From positions 1,068-65,067 of the forward strand of contig CAYFPJ010000002.1 in NCBI GenBank assembly GCA_964344965.1: 64,000 bases of DNA, read 5' to 3'. Under the pieces are notes generated by a model. It saw only the letters and a program-made list of their open reading frames with translations, was not told the DNA's origin and did not search any database. Shown one piece after another: positions 35,176-45,443 of this stretch (its first letter is position 1; every line of letters begins with the position of its first letter). Made by a program: the position numbers and the translations under genes. The DNA comes from an uncultured Gammaproteobacteria bacterium (GTDB taxonomy: Bacteria > Patescibacteriota > Patescibacteriia > Magasanikbacterales > UBA922).

Positions 35176-35835
35176 TTAATTCAAAAATTTACCAAAAAAC
35201 AAATCTTTCAAAACTTTCAAACCACCCACCGCTCGTTGTCCATATTCATGATACGTCACTTTGACTGGAAATTCAATATATTTCAAACCATGCCGTTTTA
35301 TCAATTCAGGAATCTCTGAAGCATGAGCCATCCTGTCTTGTTTAATTCTAATTTTATCAAGAGCATTTTTATTCAAAATACGAAAGCCATTATGGACATC
35401 AGTGAGCTTTATCCCCCCAAAAGCACGACTGACCAATCTACCAAGTGGCAATAAAATATGTTTTTTGAACCAAGGAATACGAGAACGGTCATCCAAAAAA
35501 CGAGAACCAAGTAAAACATCCGCCTCCTTCTCTCTCATTTTCTGTAATGCTGGGTTGATATCCAAAGCATCAAATTGATTGTCACCATCAAAATGAAGTA
35601 CATATTCTGCTCCATGCTTTCTTGCATATTCATGACCTGTCTCCAGAGTAGCCCCTTGGCCACGATTGATCTTGTGCCGTATCACCACAGCTCCAGCCTC
35701 TCTAGCTTGCTTTCTCGTACCATCCTTGGAACAATCATCTACAACAACAATCTCATCAACATGTCCAAAAAGGCTCCGCACAACGGAACCTATTCTTTCT
35801 TCTTCATTATATGCCGGAACTATAGCAAGAAACAT
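35176..35835 (-). CDS. GT2-family glycosyltransferase (polyprenyl-phosphate sugar synthase-like)
   Basis: AIVPAYNEEERI...VVDDCSKDGT and the DGD motif (HFDGDNQ). Confidence 0.85.
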   Translation of the reverse strand: MFLAIVPAYNEEERIGSVVRSLFGHVDEIVVVDDCSKDGTRKQAREAGAVVIRHKINRGQGATLETGHEYARKHGAEYVLHFDGDNQFDALDINPALQKMREKEADVLLGSRFLDDRSRIPWFKKHILLPLGRLVSRAFGGIKLTDVHNGFRILNKNALDKIRIKQDRMAHASEIPELIKRHGLKYIEFPVKVTYHEYGQRAVGGLKVLKDLFFGKFLN

Positions 35836-35903
35836 ATTTCAAAATACACCAATTAAGCCAGAGCAGTTAACTACCATATGAGAGGTAAATAATTCCAATT
35901 CAA

Positions 35904-35957
35904 AAGTGTTTAAGTGTTTAAGTGTTTAAGTGCTAAAGTGCTAAAGTGCTAAAGTGC
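35904..35957. repeat. AGTGYTTAA/AGTGCTAAA octamer tandem repeats (3+3 units) directly after the epimerase stop codon
   Basis: (AGTGTTTA)x3 (AGTGCTAA)x3 AGTGCC; as RNA this is (CACUUUAG)x3 (CACUUAAA)x3 and is G-poor. Confidence 0.8.
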
Positions 35958-35962
35958 CAAAA

Positions 35963-36973
35963 TCACGTCATCATCTCCTTATTGGCAATAGTATAGTTGA
36001 TGGTCCTCTTCAGACCATCATCAATCCTAATCAATGGAATCCATCCTAACCCTTCTTTAGCGCGAGTCAGATCTGGCATTCCTTTGGCAGTAAGAAACTC
36101 TAATGGGTCTTCAAATACCACTCTAGAATTGGAACCTGTCATAGCAATAATCTTTTCAGCAATAGCAGACATCTTATGGATTTCATCATGACCCAAATTT
36201 ACTAAGTATATCTCAGGACCAGCATGCATCAGGCGAACCAATCCGTCAACAGTATCTGAGACAAAACAAAGTGACTGGACAAGCGTATCATCACCATAGA
36301 TCACCAGGTCCCGCCCGTCAAGTGCATCTAGGATAAAATCTGGTATCAAGAGACCATCACGAAGCTTCATACGCGGTCCGTAAGTAGTGAAAACTCTGGC
36401 AATTTTAGCATCAAGACCATAAACTTGTCTATAGGTCTCGACACAAGTCTCAGCAAACCTTTTTCCCTCATCATAAGAGCCTCTTGGAGAGAGGTGATTG
36501 ACCTGACCTTCGTCAGACTCAGTAAAAAACCTTTTTTCTGGAGAGGAGGGACCATAGACTACAGAGCTGGAAGTGAAAACATACTTGGAGCGATACTTTA
36601 CAGCCAGATCTAGAGTGTTGAGCATTGCCCTAGAGTTGGCATGCAAGGAGTGTAGTTTTAAATCTTCAAAATTCTTAGGGCTGGTAGGACAAGCCAAATG
36701 ATAAATTTCTTGTATACCTTGAAATTTCAATTTGAATTTTTCTAACTCTGGAAAATCTTTTAGATCAATAGGAAAATTTACGTCATACTTTATAAATTCA
36801 AAGTCAGGATATTGCAACAGATGTTCAACATTTTGGATAGTAGAATTGGACAGATCATCCATACAAATCACATTGGCTTCTCTCAAAAGACGCTCACATA
36901 GATGAGACCCTAAGAAGCCAGCCCCACCAGTCACTAAGACATTTTTCTTTTCAAAAATAGGTGTTTGATCCAT
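35963..36973 (-). CDS. NAD-dependent epimerase/dehydratase (UDP-glucuronate decarboxylase / UXS-like)
   Basis: VLVTGGAGFLGSHL Rossmann motif and a YxxxK-containing SDR core; overall UXS-like. The match is to the family only. Confidence 0.65.
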   Translation of the reverse strand: MDQTPIFEKKNVLVTGGAGFLGSHLCERLLREANVICMDDLSNSTIQNVEHLLQYPDFEFIKYDVNFPIDLKDFPELEKFKLKFQGIQEIYHLACPTSPKNFEDLKLHSLHANSRAMLNTLDLAVKYRSKYVFTSSSVVYGPSSPEKRFFTESDEGQVNHLSPRGSYDEGKRFAETCVETYRQVYGLDAKIARVFTTYGPRMKLRDGLLIPDFILDALDGRDLVIYGDDTLVQSLCFVSDTVDGLVRLMHAGPEIYLVNLGHDEIHKMSAIAEKIIAMTGSNSRVVFEDPLEFLTAKGMPDLTRAKEGLGWIPLIRIDDGLKRTINYTIANKEMMT

Positions 36974-36980
36974 AACATCA

Positions 36981-39005
36981 CTAATTATAAACAGGTGCAG
37001 AAATTAAATTAATATCATTCTGCTTTGTAAAAAAATATTTCTGATCAATTTTTTTTCCAAATTTATCCCAAACACGTGCCGGTTGTCCTCCACCTCTTGG
37101 TATTGCAAACAAATCATCTTCTCCATCATTGTCATAATCTCCGACAGCAAAAGAAAAAGATTTTTTATAGGATCCGTAAGCTAAAAACTTTCTTATTACA
37201 CTACCGTCATCATCATAAAAAACAATCATTGGTCGCTCTCCATCTCCACCTCCTACCACATATTCAAGATTATCATCTTTATCCAAATTAATCGTAGCAA
37301 TTGGACCAATTTTAGAAAAAGATTCAACCAAAAAACTTTCTAAAACCTCTCCATCTCCTGTAATTTTTTCTAATATTAGATTGGAGTCAGCCTCATACAA
37401 CACCACTATGTCATACTTATTGCCTGATTTTGAAAAAGATCTAGAGACAGAAACTCCGTTATGCTTAGAATCTAACTTATGCACATATTTTTCTTCACCT
37501 GTCAAAGAATAAATACTAAATACTGTGTTACTAGACTCCTGTGGCACTATCACTATCTCAAATTCTTTGTCGTCCATCACTTGAATCACTTCCAGACTGA
37601 CTTTTCCGGAAGGGGAGATAATAAAACTATCTTCTCTCTCCCATTGAGAATTGTAAATACTAATTCTTGTCCTCTTGCTATCAAAAGGCTTGGCTGTGAC
37701 AAAAAAAGTTTTACCAGCATATTGATATGAATCAAAGTCATCAATACCAGATAGAGAAATTTCTTTATTGATTATATTTTCTCCTTCTGATTTTAGATCC
37801 CAAGATTCACTATCACCACCAATATTATCTAAAATAAAAATATTTCTTAATGGCCTATTGTTGACAAACTTTTCTAAAGCATAATTTACAGCCTTGTCTA
37901 TTTGCAAAAGACCAGCCCCAAACAGATTGGCGTATATTTCTTCATCTTGACCAGGTGTATGGTGGGTGGTAGATAGGAGGGCTTTATAAATATTTTTTGG
38001 ACCCCAACTTGGTTGGATGCTCTTGATTAATGCTGCCGCACCACTGACCAAGGGGGTGGAAAATGAGGTGCCATTCCAACCTTTCATATACTTTTCCTTA
38101 AGACCATATTTGGGAGAATAACGTACTGTGCTGGCCAAATCCTCTCCAGGAGCTGTGATGTCAATGCAATCTGAACCAATATTAGAAAAGTTAGCAATAT
38201 TATGATTTTTATTGATTGCACTTACTCCAATAATTTTATTTACCTTTTCCCCAGCATCAATACAGATCGGATAGGTGGGATAATCATTCAGATTATAATA
38301 ATTGTTACCAGCTGCTGCGACCATGGCTACTCCATTTTTGTAAGCATAATCCACAGCCTCTTCTATACCTGAAGTGATATCTCCCACTACACTCATGTTT
38401 ATGATATCAGCACCATTATCCACCGCATAGTAGATAGCATTGTGAAGTTTGGCAAAAGAACCAATACCATCCTCATCAACTACACGAAGGTTCATCAATT
38501 TTACATTTGGACTTACACCCGAACCATTCTTCCCATTATCCCCAACAGCTCCAATAATCCCAGCAACCACAGATCCATGATGTACTATTCCGGCATCTTT
38601 TTCGCTTTGAGTCAATTTGTCTACTCTCGGCCGTGGATTGTTATTTCCTTTTTCTTCTTCTTTGCTTATTTTTCTATCTCCGTCAGTGTCTTCTGGAACA
38701 AAACTCCATCCCCAGACATCATCTACATACCCATTGTTGTCATCATCCAAATTATTATTTGGTATTTCTGCTTTATTTTTCCAGGCATTCTTCCTTAAAT
38801 CGGGATGAAATGTGTCAAACCCATTATCAATTACAGCTACCACCACATCTTTTGAGCCCAAAGTATAATCCCAGGCTTTGTACACATTTGTATCAGCATA
38901 AGCCCATTGTTCGACAAAAGGATCATTCAGTTTTTTTGCCTCGACCACTTCGAAAAACAAAAAAGAGAGAGATGCGTAAATTAAAATTAATACAAAATTT
39001 TTCAT
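36981..39005 (-). CDS. secreted subtilisin-like S8 serine protease with C-terminal FG-GAP/beta-propeller-like repeats
   Basis: Signal peptide. Catalytic triad in VAVIDNGFD, HGSVVAGIIGA and GTSFSTPLVSGAAAL. The C-terminal region has DNDGEDD-type repeats. Confidence 0.85.
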   Translation of the reverse strand: MKNFVLILIYASLSFLFFEVVEAKKLNDPFVEQWAYADTNVYKAWDYTLGSKDVVVAVIDNGFDTFHPDLRKNAWKNKAEIPNNNLDDDNNGYVDDVWGWSFVPEDTDGDRKISKEEEKGNNNPRPRVDKLTQSEKDAGIVHHGSVVAGIIGAVGDNGKNGSGVSPNVKLMNLRVVDEDGIGSFAKLHNAIYYAVDNGADIINMSVVGDITSGIEEAVDYAYKNGVAMVAAAGNNYYNLNDYPTYPICIDAGEKVNKIIGVSAINKNHNIANFSNIGSDCIDITAPGEDLASTVRYSPKYGLKEKYMKGWNGTSFSTPLVSGAAALIKSIQPSWGPKNIYKALLSTTHHTPGQDEEIYANLFGAGLLQIDKAVNYALEKFVNNRPLRNIFILDNIGGDSESWDLKSEGENIINKEISLSGIDDFDSYQYAGKTFFVTAKPFDSKRTRISIYNSQWEREDSFIISPSGKVSLEVIQVMDDKEFEIVIVPQESSNTVFSIYSLTGEEKYVHKLDSKHNGVSVSRSFSKSGNKYDIVVLYEADSNLILEKITGDGEVLESFLVESFSKIGPIATINLDKDDNLEYVVGGGDGERPMIVFYDDDGSVIRKFLAYGSYKKSFSFAVGDYDNDGEDDLFAIPRGGGQPARVWDKFGKKIDQKYFFTKQNDINLISAPVYN

Positions 39006-39014
39006 ATCTATTTA

Positions 39015-40577
39015 TTATAATGGATGTAAACTGTTATTTTTACCAAGCAATGTTGGATATTTTATATTTTCAGTACCCGCTTTTATAGATCCTTTAGATT
39101 TCAACTTCATGCCAATGGCTGAAGAGCCATAAATTACAAATTTTTTATGAAAATTATTCGAAGAAAATACTTTTCCACCTATATTTCCAGAAATTGCATA
39201 AAACAAGTCATCAATGTATTGGTAATATATTTGATTTTTGTTTGGATGCTTTACAACAGAACCTCGAGGATACTGATAGCCGGCACTGCTAAAAATTTCT
39301 AAACCAGAAAGAAGGTTCCCGGATAGTGCATCCGCCAAATCACTAAAGCCATTGCCAGTAGTGTCTTTTATATCCGGATCTGTAAACCAATAAAAAATTT
39401 CCTCATGGTCAGTAAGGCCATCACCATCAGAATCGTGTTTCAAATCACTTGTGCCATATTCCTTTTCTGTTTCACTGTCTACTCCATCGTGATCCTTGTC
39501 GACAATATCTTTATCTCCCACATCATAGCTTCTAATCTGATAAAAGCTACTCTGTGATGATTCCAAAGTGATTACTCTTTTGTCCCAATTGTTACCATAT
39601 AGGAGCTTAGCTTCTACCTCTGAACGGATTGGTCGCAATTGACATCCCGGCTCTGGTGCATATACTTTTGGAGAATGGTCAAAACTTACCAACCAAGTCC
39701 CAGCCCTAACACAAATAGGCTTCCCAACCAAATATTGACTAATCTTCGGATTACTAACATAAAAGATATTAGAAATGCTATCATACCAAGAATGCAAAAC
39801 TGCCGGATGAGAAAAGGGATGAATATAACCATCAAATCCCAAATAATATATTGGAGTGTTCTTACCCTTTATCAAGCTACCTTCTGGAATATAAGTAGGA
39901 GATTGATTATATTGAATTGTCTTGCTAATTATTTTTGTTTTGCCATCAGCATCTTTGAATTGCATGTAAACTTTTTTCTGTCCACTACCGGCAGAAAGCA
40001 TCCAAGATATTTTCTTGGTGATAGGCATAAAATCAAATAAAGAAAAATCCTCTTGGTTGCTCACAAATATTGACTCGACACTTTTTGAAAAACTGATATC
40101 AAGAGAAACAGAACGAGAATCTGTCTCCTCATCACCATCATTGATAATAAAATTAACTTCCATGTTTTCTGGTACAGACAAGGTGATGGTATCCTTGTAT
40201 ATTTTTTCTTCGTCAGCATCACCTCCTTTAAACTTAATATAAACAGTTTTTGTACCCTTGCCATAATCCAGATACCATTTTTTTGTTTTAGCATAAGATT
40301 CCCAGTCTATATTATCAAAATCAAGTTTATTAGAAATTTTCATTTTCTTGGTACCATCTGGGGCAGAAATATAGAGAGTCACCTTACGGACAGAAGTTTC
40401 AGATTTATTTTTATTTATATTAAAATAAATATCTGAGGAAGCACTTTGAACTGTCTCAAAAAATACAAGCAATACTACCAACAAACAGAGAGTAGCCAAG
40501 AGAATAATGTGGTGTTGATTTTTTAGCCTAAATAACATATAATCTCGATAGAAGTATACTAAAAAATTGGCCCTCAT
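39015..40577 (-). CDS. secreted or membrane-anchored hypothetical protein with calcium-binding DxDxDG (TSP3-like) motifs
   Basis: N-terminal TM segment and DKDHDGVDSE...DSDGDGLTDHEE. Its start overlaps the divergent gene's start, so one of the two starts is probably miscalled. Confidence 0.4.
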   Translation of the reverse strand: MRANFLVYFYRDYMLFRLKNQHHIILLATLCLLVVLLVFFETVQSASSDIYFNINKNKSETSVRKVTLYISAPDGTKKMKISNKLDFDNIDWESYAKTKKWYLDYGKGTKTVYIKFKGGDADEEKIYKDTITLSVPENMEVNFIINDGDEETDSRSVSLDISFSKSVESIFVSNQEDFSLFDFMPITKKISWMLSAGSGQKKVYMQFKDADGKTKIISKTIQYNQSPTYIPEGSLIKGKNTPIYYLGFDGYIHPFSHPAVLHSWYDSISNIFYVSNPKISQYLVGKPICVRAGTWLVSFDHSPKVYAPEPGCQLRPIRSEVEAKLLYGNNWDKRVITLESSQSSFYQIRSYDVGDKDIVDKDHDGVDSETEKEYGTSDLKHDSDGDGLTDHEEIFYWFTDPDIKDTTGNGFSDLADALSGNLLSGLEIFSSAGYQYPRGSVVKHPNKNQIYYQYIDDLFYAISGNIGGKVFSSNNFHKKFVIYGSSAIGMKLKSKGSIKAGTENIKYPTLLGKNNSLHPL

Positions 40578-41967
40578 GCAATTATTTTATAGGATTAGAC
40601 AGTTAATTCTACTAGCTGGAGACATGATTGTCTTCATTTTTGCGTTTTGGATCAGTCTGGCAGTAAGGTATTTCCAAATTCCAGCTTGGGAAATTGTTTT
40701 GCAAAATATAGTGGTATTACCCGTCCTCTTACTGATTTGGATAGTTTTAAACTATATAAATGGTCTTTACGACTTAGTCAAATATAGCGATATTAAAAAT
40801 TTTTCAAAAAGAATACTGGAAACATCTGTTGTTTCTCTGGTTGTCAGCATTATATTATTTTATATCATTCCCCAAAAAGATCTCACACCAAAAACAATTC
40901 TGGTGCTGGCTGTATTTTTTGGTTACAGTTTTGCATTTTTGTGGAGGCTATTATACAGTCAAATCATTGGCAACAAGGGACTGAAAGAGAAAATACTATT
41001 TGTTGGACATAGTAAAGAAATGGATGAGCTGGTGGATATAATTACCAAACTCCCTCAAAGAGGTTATGAAGTGTGTGTTTGGGTGGATCCAGAAAAAAAC
41101 ATAAAAAAAGAAAAGTGTGAAAAAATTGAAGTATATGAAAGATTACAGACCATAAGACCCGCCATAACCAACCATCATATTAGTACTATAGTGATTGCCC
41201 CTCACTTGCGGTACGAAGAGAAAGTACTTCGAGAATTATATGAATTGTTATTTTGGGATGTACGAATTATGGACATGGCCTCATTTTATGAAGCAATCAC
41301 TGGTCGTATTCCTCCTTCTACTTTTTCAGAAGGGTGGTTTTTGGATCATATTGGTAATAATGATTTACCAGTCTATCAAAAAATAAGAGTAGTCTTAGAC
41401 TATATAACTGCTATAATGCTTGGTCTTTTGTTTTTAATTCTTTTTCCTCTAATTACTCTTGGAATCAAGGCCACTTCCAGAGGCCCAATATTTTTTAAAC
41501 AAAGAAGAGTAGGAAAATATGGCGAGCATTTTCTGTTGTACAAATTCCGTTCCATGTACTCCTTGGCAGAAGATGGCAGTGCTGAAACAGAAGGTGCTCA
41601 ATTTGCCAAAAAAAACGATAAGCGAGTTACTCCTTTTGGAAAATTCTTAAGAAAAACTAGACTGGACGAACTACCACAATTCATAAACATACTCAAGAGA
41701 GATATCACTCTCATTGGACCACGTCCAGAAAGACCAGAAATAGTGCAACAATTGGAAGAAAAAATGCCTTATTATTCACTACGTCACATCATTGAGCCTG
41801 GTTTGACTAGCTGGGCAGTACTTCACCAAAACTATACTGATACACTGGAAACTTCTTTGCAAAAGCTGCAGTACGATTTATATTATATAAAAAATAGGTC
41901 ATTTTTGCTTGACCTATCTATCTTGCTCAAAACTATCAACCTGGTCGTCAGGGGGATGGGTCAATGA
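40567..41967 (+). CDS. polyprenyl-phosphate hexose-1-phosphate transferase (WbaP/CpsE-like bacterial sugar transferase)
   Basis: N-terminal TM segments, then a C-terminal PF02397-type domain (RGPIFFKQRRVGKYGEHFLLYKFRSM...DELPQFINILKRDITLIGPRP). Confidence 0.85.
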   Translation: MALMQLFYRIRQLILLAGDMIVFIFAFWISLAVRYFQIPAWEIVLQNIVVLPVLLLIWIVLNYINGLYDLVKYSDIKNFSKRILETSVVSLVVSIILFYIIPQKDLTPKTILVLAVFFGYSFAFLWRLLYSQIIGNKGLKEKILFVGHSKEMDELVDIITKLPQRGYEVCVWVDPEKNIKKEKCEKIEVYERLQTIRPAITNHHISTIVIAPHLRYEEKVLRELYELLFWDVRIMDMASFYEAITGRIPPSTFSEGWFLDHIGNNDLPVYQKIRVVLDYITAIMLGLLFLILFPLITLGIKATSRGPIFFKQRRVGKYGEHFLLYKFRSMYSLAEDGSAETEGAQFAKKNDKRVTPFGKFLRKTRLDELPQFINILKRDITLIGPRPERPEIVQQLEEKMPYYSLRHIIEPGLTSWAVLHQNYTDTLETSLQKLQYDLYYIKNRSFLLDLSILLKTINLVVRGMGQ

Positions 41968-41991
41968 CGATAGTTACAAATTACTAGTTAA

Positions 41992-42140
41992 AATAAAAGT
42001 AAATTTGGTTTAAGTAAGACTTCATCGGGCCATCCCCGCAGCAAGCTGCGGGGTATTGGCAGAAAATCTTATTTCAACCAATGTTAGTTTTCACTTTTTC
42101 GATGCAAGCATCGAGGAATAAAACCGCTTAAAGATTAAAA
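41992..42140 (+). repeat. 149-nt structured repeat, copy D
   Basis: Full-length match to the other copies; lies between convergent genes. Confidence 0.9.
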
Positions 42141-42178
42141 ATAAAATGCCCAAATTTAAATTGGGAATTTTATTTTTA
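42141..42178. terminator. bidirectional terminator hairpin
   Basis: CCCAAATTTAAATTGGG flanked by A/T runs, between convergent genes. Confidence 0.6.
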
Positions 42179-42230
42179 ATTTGAAACTAGCTTTCAATCG
42201 TGGTCTCAAGTCAAAAGGAAATTCTGAAAT

Positions 42231-43166
42231 TTAGTCTATTCCCCATTCTTTTTTCAACTCTTTAATCCCATCTTCTAGCGTGATTGTAGGCTCCCATCCG
42301 AGGAGTTCTTTTGCTTTTGTGATATTGGCTTCTGTATATCGGACATCCCCTGGTCTCTCATCAACATTTACAAAGTCTCCACCAATCATTTTCACAATGT
42401 CATTTACTGAGTTAGGATTGTTGTTGCCAATATTGATAGTCTCACCTTTACCGACACTACTCTTTGTCATGGCAAGGATATTGGCACGCACTACATCTGA
42501 AACATGGGTATAGTCACGATAATACTCTCCGTCACCACAGACGGTCATCGACTCGCCATTCTTGACTTGCTGTAAAAACTTAGCAATAACAAGAGCATAA
42601 GCACCATTGGGGTCTGCGTATGGTCCATAGACATTAAAGTACACTAATGACACTGTCTCTAGTCCATACAAATCTGCAAACTGACGACAATAGTGCTCAC
42701 CAATCAATTTATGTAAAGCATAAGGAGCAATCGGTAGTTTGTTAATTTTGTCTTCTACTAGTGGATAAGCCTCTCTAGGCTGATCGCCATAAGTAGATGA
42801 GGAGGATGAAAAAACAACTCGCTTCACACCAGCATCTCTAGCAGCAAGAAGGACATTCAAAGTACCGTTGACATTGGTGTTATGAGTTTCTTGAGGATGC
42901 TCAACAGAATATGTCACTCTAGGAAGGGCAGCCATGTGAAATACTCCATCGACTCCTTCCATAGAAGGAAGCAATATATCCATATCTCGAATATCCCCTT
43001 CAATATATTCCACACCGTCCTGGATTCTTTCTTCTTTTTTGCCACCAGCGTAGTTGTCTATCACTTTTACATCGTGACCTTCTGCCAGAAGTTGTTTGGC
43101 CAAATTTGTACCGATGAAGCCAGCGCCGCCGGTTATTAAATATTTCATAAATACTACAATGTCCAA
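42231..43166 (-). CDS. UDP-sugar 4-epimerase of the GalE/WbpP family (likely start at 43148, MKYLITGG...)
   Basis: ITGGAGFIGTNL and the YxxxK core. Overlaps the dehydrogenase gene by 13 nt, suggesting an operon. Confidence 0.75.
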   Translation of the reverse strand: MDIVVFMKYLITGGAGFIGTNLAKQLLAEGHDVKVIDNYAGGKKEERIQDGVEYIEGDIRDMDILLPSMEGVDGVFHMAALPRVTYSVEHPQETHNTNVNGTLNVLLAARDAGVKRVVFSSSSSTYGDQPREAYPLVEDKINKLPIAPYALHKLIGEHYCRQFADLYGLETVSLVYFNVYGPYADPNGAYALVIAKFLQQVKNGESMTVCGDGEYYRDYTHVSDVVRANILAMTKSSVGKGETINIGNNNPNSVNDIVKMIGGDFVNVDERPGDVRYTEANITKAKELLGWEPTITLEDGIKELKKEWGID

Positions 43167-44458
43167 TAATTAATGTCTATATTTTCTATCTCATTTTTGG
43201 TGTATAACTTTTTTATATCTACCAAAAGTAAATTATCATGATTCATCATATCTTTCAACTGATCAAAAGTCAAAGATCTAAATTCATCATGAGCAACAGC
43301 TACGATCAGTGTATCTGCCTTTGGTAAATCTTCTTTTTTGGTTAGTTCTATTCCATATTCCCTTTTCACTTCTTCTTGGTCTGCGTATGGATCACAAACT
43401 ACAGGAATAATTCCAAAATTTTTCAATTCATTATACATTTCAGCTACTTTTGAATTACGTACGTCAGGAATGTTCTCTTTGAAAGTAATACCTAAAATAA
43501 CAATGTTTGATTTTTGCATATCCTTCCCCATTCCAACCATTTTCTTGATAATTTGATGGGCAACAAACTTATGAAAACTATCATTGATACCACGTCCAGC
43601 CAAAATAACTTCTGGATTATGCCCCACTTCTCGAGCTTTGTATGTCAAGTAATATGGATCTACACCAATACAATGACCACCAACAAGTCCAGGTTTGAAT
43701 GGAAGAAAATTCCATTTTGTATTTGCAGCGTCCAAGACATCGTACACACTAATGTCCATTTTATTAAACAGAATTGCCAACTCATTCATAAGGGCGATGT
43801 TGATATCTCTTTGGGTGTTTTCAATAGCTTTGGCTGCTTCTGCTACTTTTATGGAAGATGCTTTGAATGTATTTGTGATTGTACCATATACTTCAGACAT
43901 GAGATTGACTGAATCTTCATCCATACCGGCCACAACTTTGATAATTTTATCAATAGTATGCTCTTTGTCGCCAGGATTGACTCTTTCTGGAGAGTATCCT
44001 ATTTTGAAATCAATACCAGCCTGAAGACCAGACTGATTTTCCAAAACAGGTAAACAAATATCTTCTGTAACACCAGGATAGACAGTCGATTCATAGACTA
44101 CCACTGAATCTTTTGTTAAATTTTTACCGACCATTTCAGTGGCTTTTTTCAAAATTGATAAATCTGGAATTTTATTTTCATCTATTGGAGTTGGAACAGA
44201 TACGATAATAAACTTTGAGTTACTGATCTCTGTCTGGTCGTCGGTATAATGAATATGAGAAACTGTCAAATCTTTATCATTTACCTCCCCTGTTTTGTCT
44301 GTTCCGTCTTTCAAATCATTTATTCTAAGAGAGTTGATATCAAAGCCAATAACATCAAAATGTTTGGAAAATAAAACTGCGAGCGGTAAGCCTACATATC
44401 CTAGTCCGACGATACAAACTTTTTCTTTTTTTGATTGTAAATCTTTAAAATTGATCAT
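43154..44458 (-). CDS. UDP-N-acetyl-D-glucosamine 6-dehydrogenase (WbpA/TviB/WecC family)
   Basis: N-terminal VCIVGLGYVGLPLA and overall nucleotide-sugar dehydrogenase architecture. Paired with the WbpP-like epimerase, as in the UDP-GalNAcA pathway. Confidence 0.8.
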   Translation of the reverse strand: MINFKDLQSKKEKVCIVGLGYVGLPLAVLFSKHFDVIGFDINSLRINDLKDGTDKTGEVNDKDLTVSHIHYTDDQTEISNSKFIIVSVPTPIDENKIPDLSILKKATEMVGKNLTKDSVVVYESTVYPGVTEDICLPVLENQSGLQAGIDFKIGYSPERVNPGDKEHTIDKIIKVVAGMDEDSVNLMSEVYGTITNTFKASSIKVAEAAKAIENTQRDINIALMNELAILFNKMDISVYDVLDAANTKWNFLPFKPGLVGGHCIGVDPYYLTYKAREVGHNPEVILAGRGINDSFHKFVAHQIIKKMVGMGKDMQKSNIVILGITFKENIPDVRNSKVAEMYNELKNFGIIPVVCDPYADQEEVKREYGIELTKKEDLPKADTLIVAVAHDEFRSLTFDQLKDMMNHDNLLLVDIKKLYTKNEIENIDINYWTL

Positions 44459-44464
44459 AGAAAA

Positions 44465-45298
44465 TCAAAAAATCATCAATATAACCCCAATGACAAGTAA
44501 TAATAAAAAAATAATTTTTGTGAGTATGGTTCTTTCTTTAAAGTAGACATAACCTGACAAAAGTGACCATGATATACTAAAAGATCTCTTGGCAGCAATA
44601 ATTACTGAAGCTGGGGCAAACAAAAAAGCAAAACTAGCAAATACAGTAGAAAGACCACTACTTAAAGACTGGAAAAAAAAGATTGGTTTTTTCAAGAATA
44701 CAAACGGATTTTCCTTCTTTCTAACCATAGCCATAATAAAAAAGTAAATTAATAGAACAAAAATTGTAATAGACTGTTCAGCTTCCACAGAATTGAAGTA
44801 GGTTATATTATACTTAAACAAGGAGAGAGTTGCAACAGCATTGACGGCAGTAAAAAGTACTAGCCATCTCCCTTTTTTCTTCATCTTATTGTTTAGAAAT
44901 ATCAAAATAACAACAATAAATATCAAACTAATGCCAATAAACTGAAAAGTACTAATACTATACCCCAAAACAACATCTACAAAAAGTAGTAGTGGAATGG
45001 TCAGAGTCCTGATAAAGCTGAAAGTGGTCCTGTCTGCTGTCACTATGGCCCAAATAGTCACATGGGCCTGGAGGACCTCTAGGAATAACTTGGGTACAAA
45101 AGTGGGTAGAGAAGAGACAGAAAATAAAAATTCTCCTCTAAAAAAAGAAATCAACAGAAAGAAAAGAAAGGAGAAAAAAAAGATCAAAAAACCCATAGTG
45201 TAGAGGCTCTCCTCTTTAGCCTCTACTTTCTTTTTTCCCAAACTATCAGAAAACTCCTGAAAAAAAGTGCCTACAAATGTAAGGAATATTCCAAACAT
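44465..45298 (-). CDS. polytopic integral membrane protein of unknown function
   Basis: ~9 predicted TM segments; no family motif. Confidence 0.4.
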   Translation of the reverse strand: MFGIFLTFVGTFFQEFSDSLGKKKVEAKEESLYTMGFLIFFFSFLFFLLISFFRGEFLFSVSSLPTFVPKLFLEVLQAHVTIWAIVTADRTTFSFIRTLTIPLLLFVDVVLGYSISTFQFIGISLIFIVVILIFLNNKMKKKGRWLVLFTAVNAVATLSLFKYNITYFNSVEAEQSITIFVLLIYFFIMAMVRKKENPFVFLKKPIFFFQSLSSGLSTVFASFAFLFAPASVIIAAKRSFSISWSLLSGYVYFKERTILTKIIFLLLLVIGVILMIF

Positions 45299-45305
45299 AA
45301 ATATC

Positions 45306-45442
45306 TAACGAGTAGTGTGAATTAATTTTCACAATTGGCTGAATTGAACTATTTTTGAAGCGAGGACTGTTTGAGCGAAGCGAGTTTCGCAGCGAAAAAA
45401 TAGCTCAATTCAGACAAAAAAATTAATTCACACTACTCGTTA
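45306..45442. repeat. 137-nt element with perfect 24-bp terminal inverted repeats (MITE-like long hairpin)
   Basis: TAACGAGTAGTGTGAATTAATTTT...AAAATTAATTCACACTACTCGTTA. A nested second inverted repeat and GCGAAG/GCGAAA repeats lie inside. Confidence 0.8.
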
Positions 45443-45443
45443 T

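Noticed and set aside
40567-40577. Divergent genes with overlapping 5' ends (an 11-nt start-start overlap)
   Set aside because: This is most likely an ORF-caller artefact. Internal ATGs a few codons downstream in each gene (MQLFYR... at 40576 and MLFRLKN...) remove the overlap.
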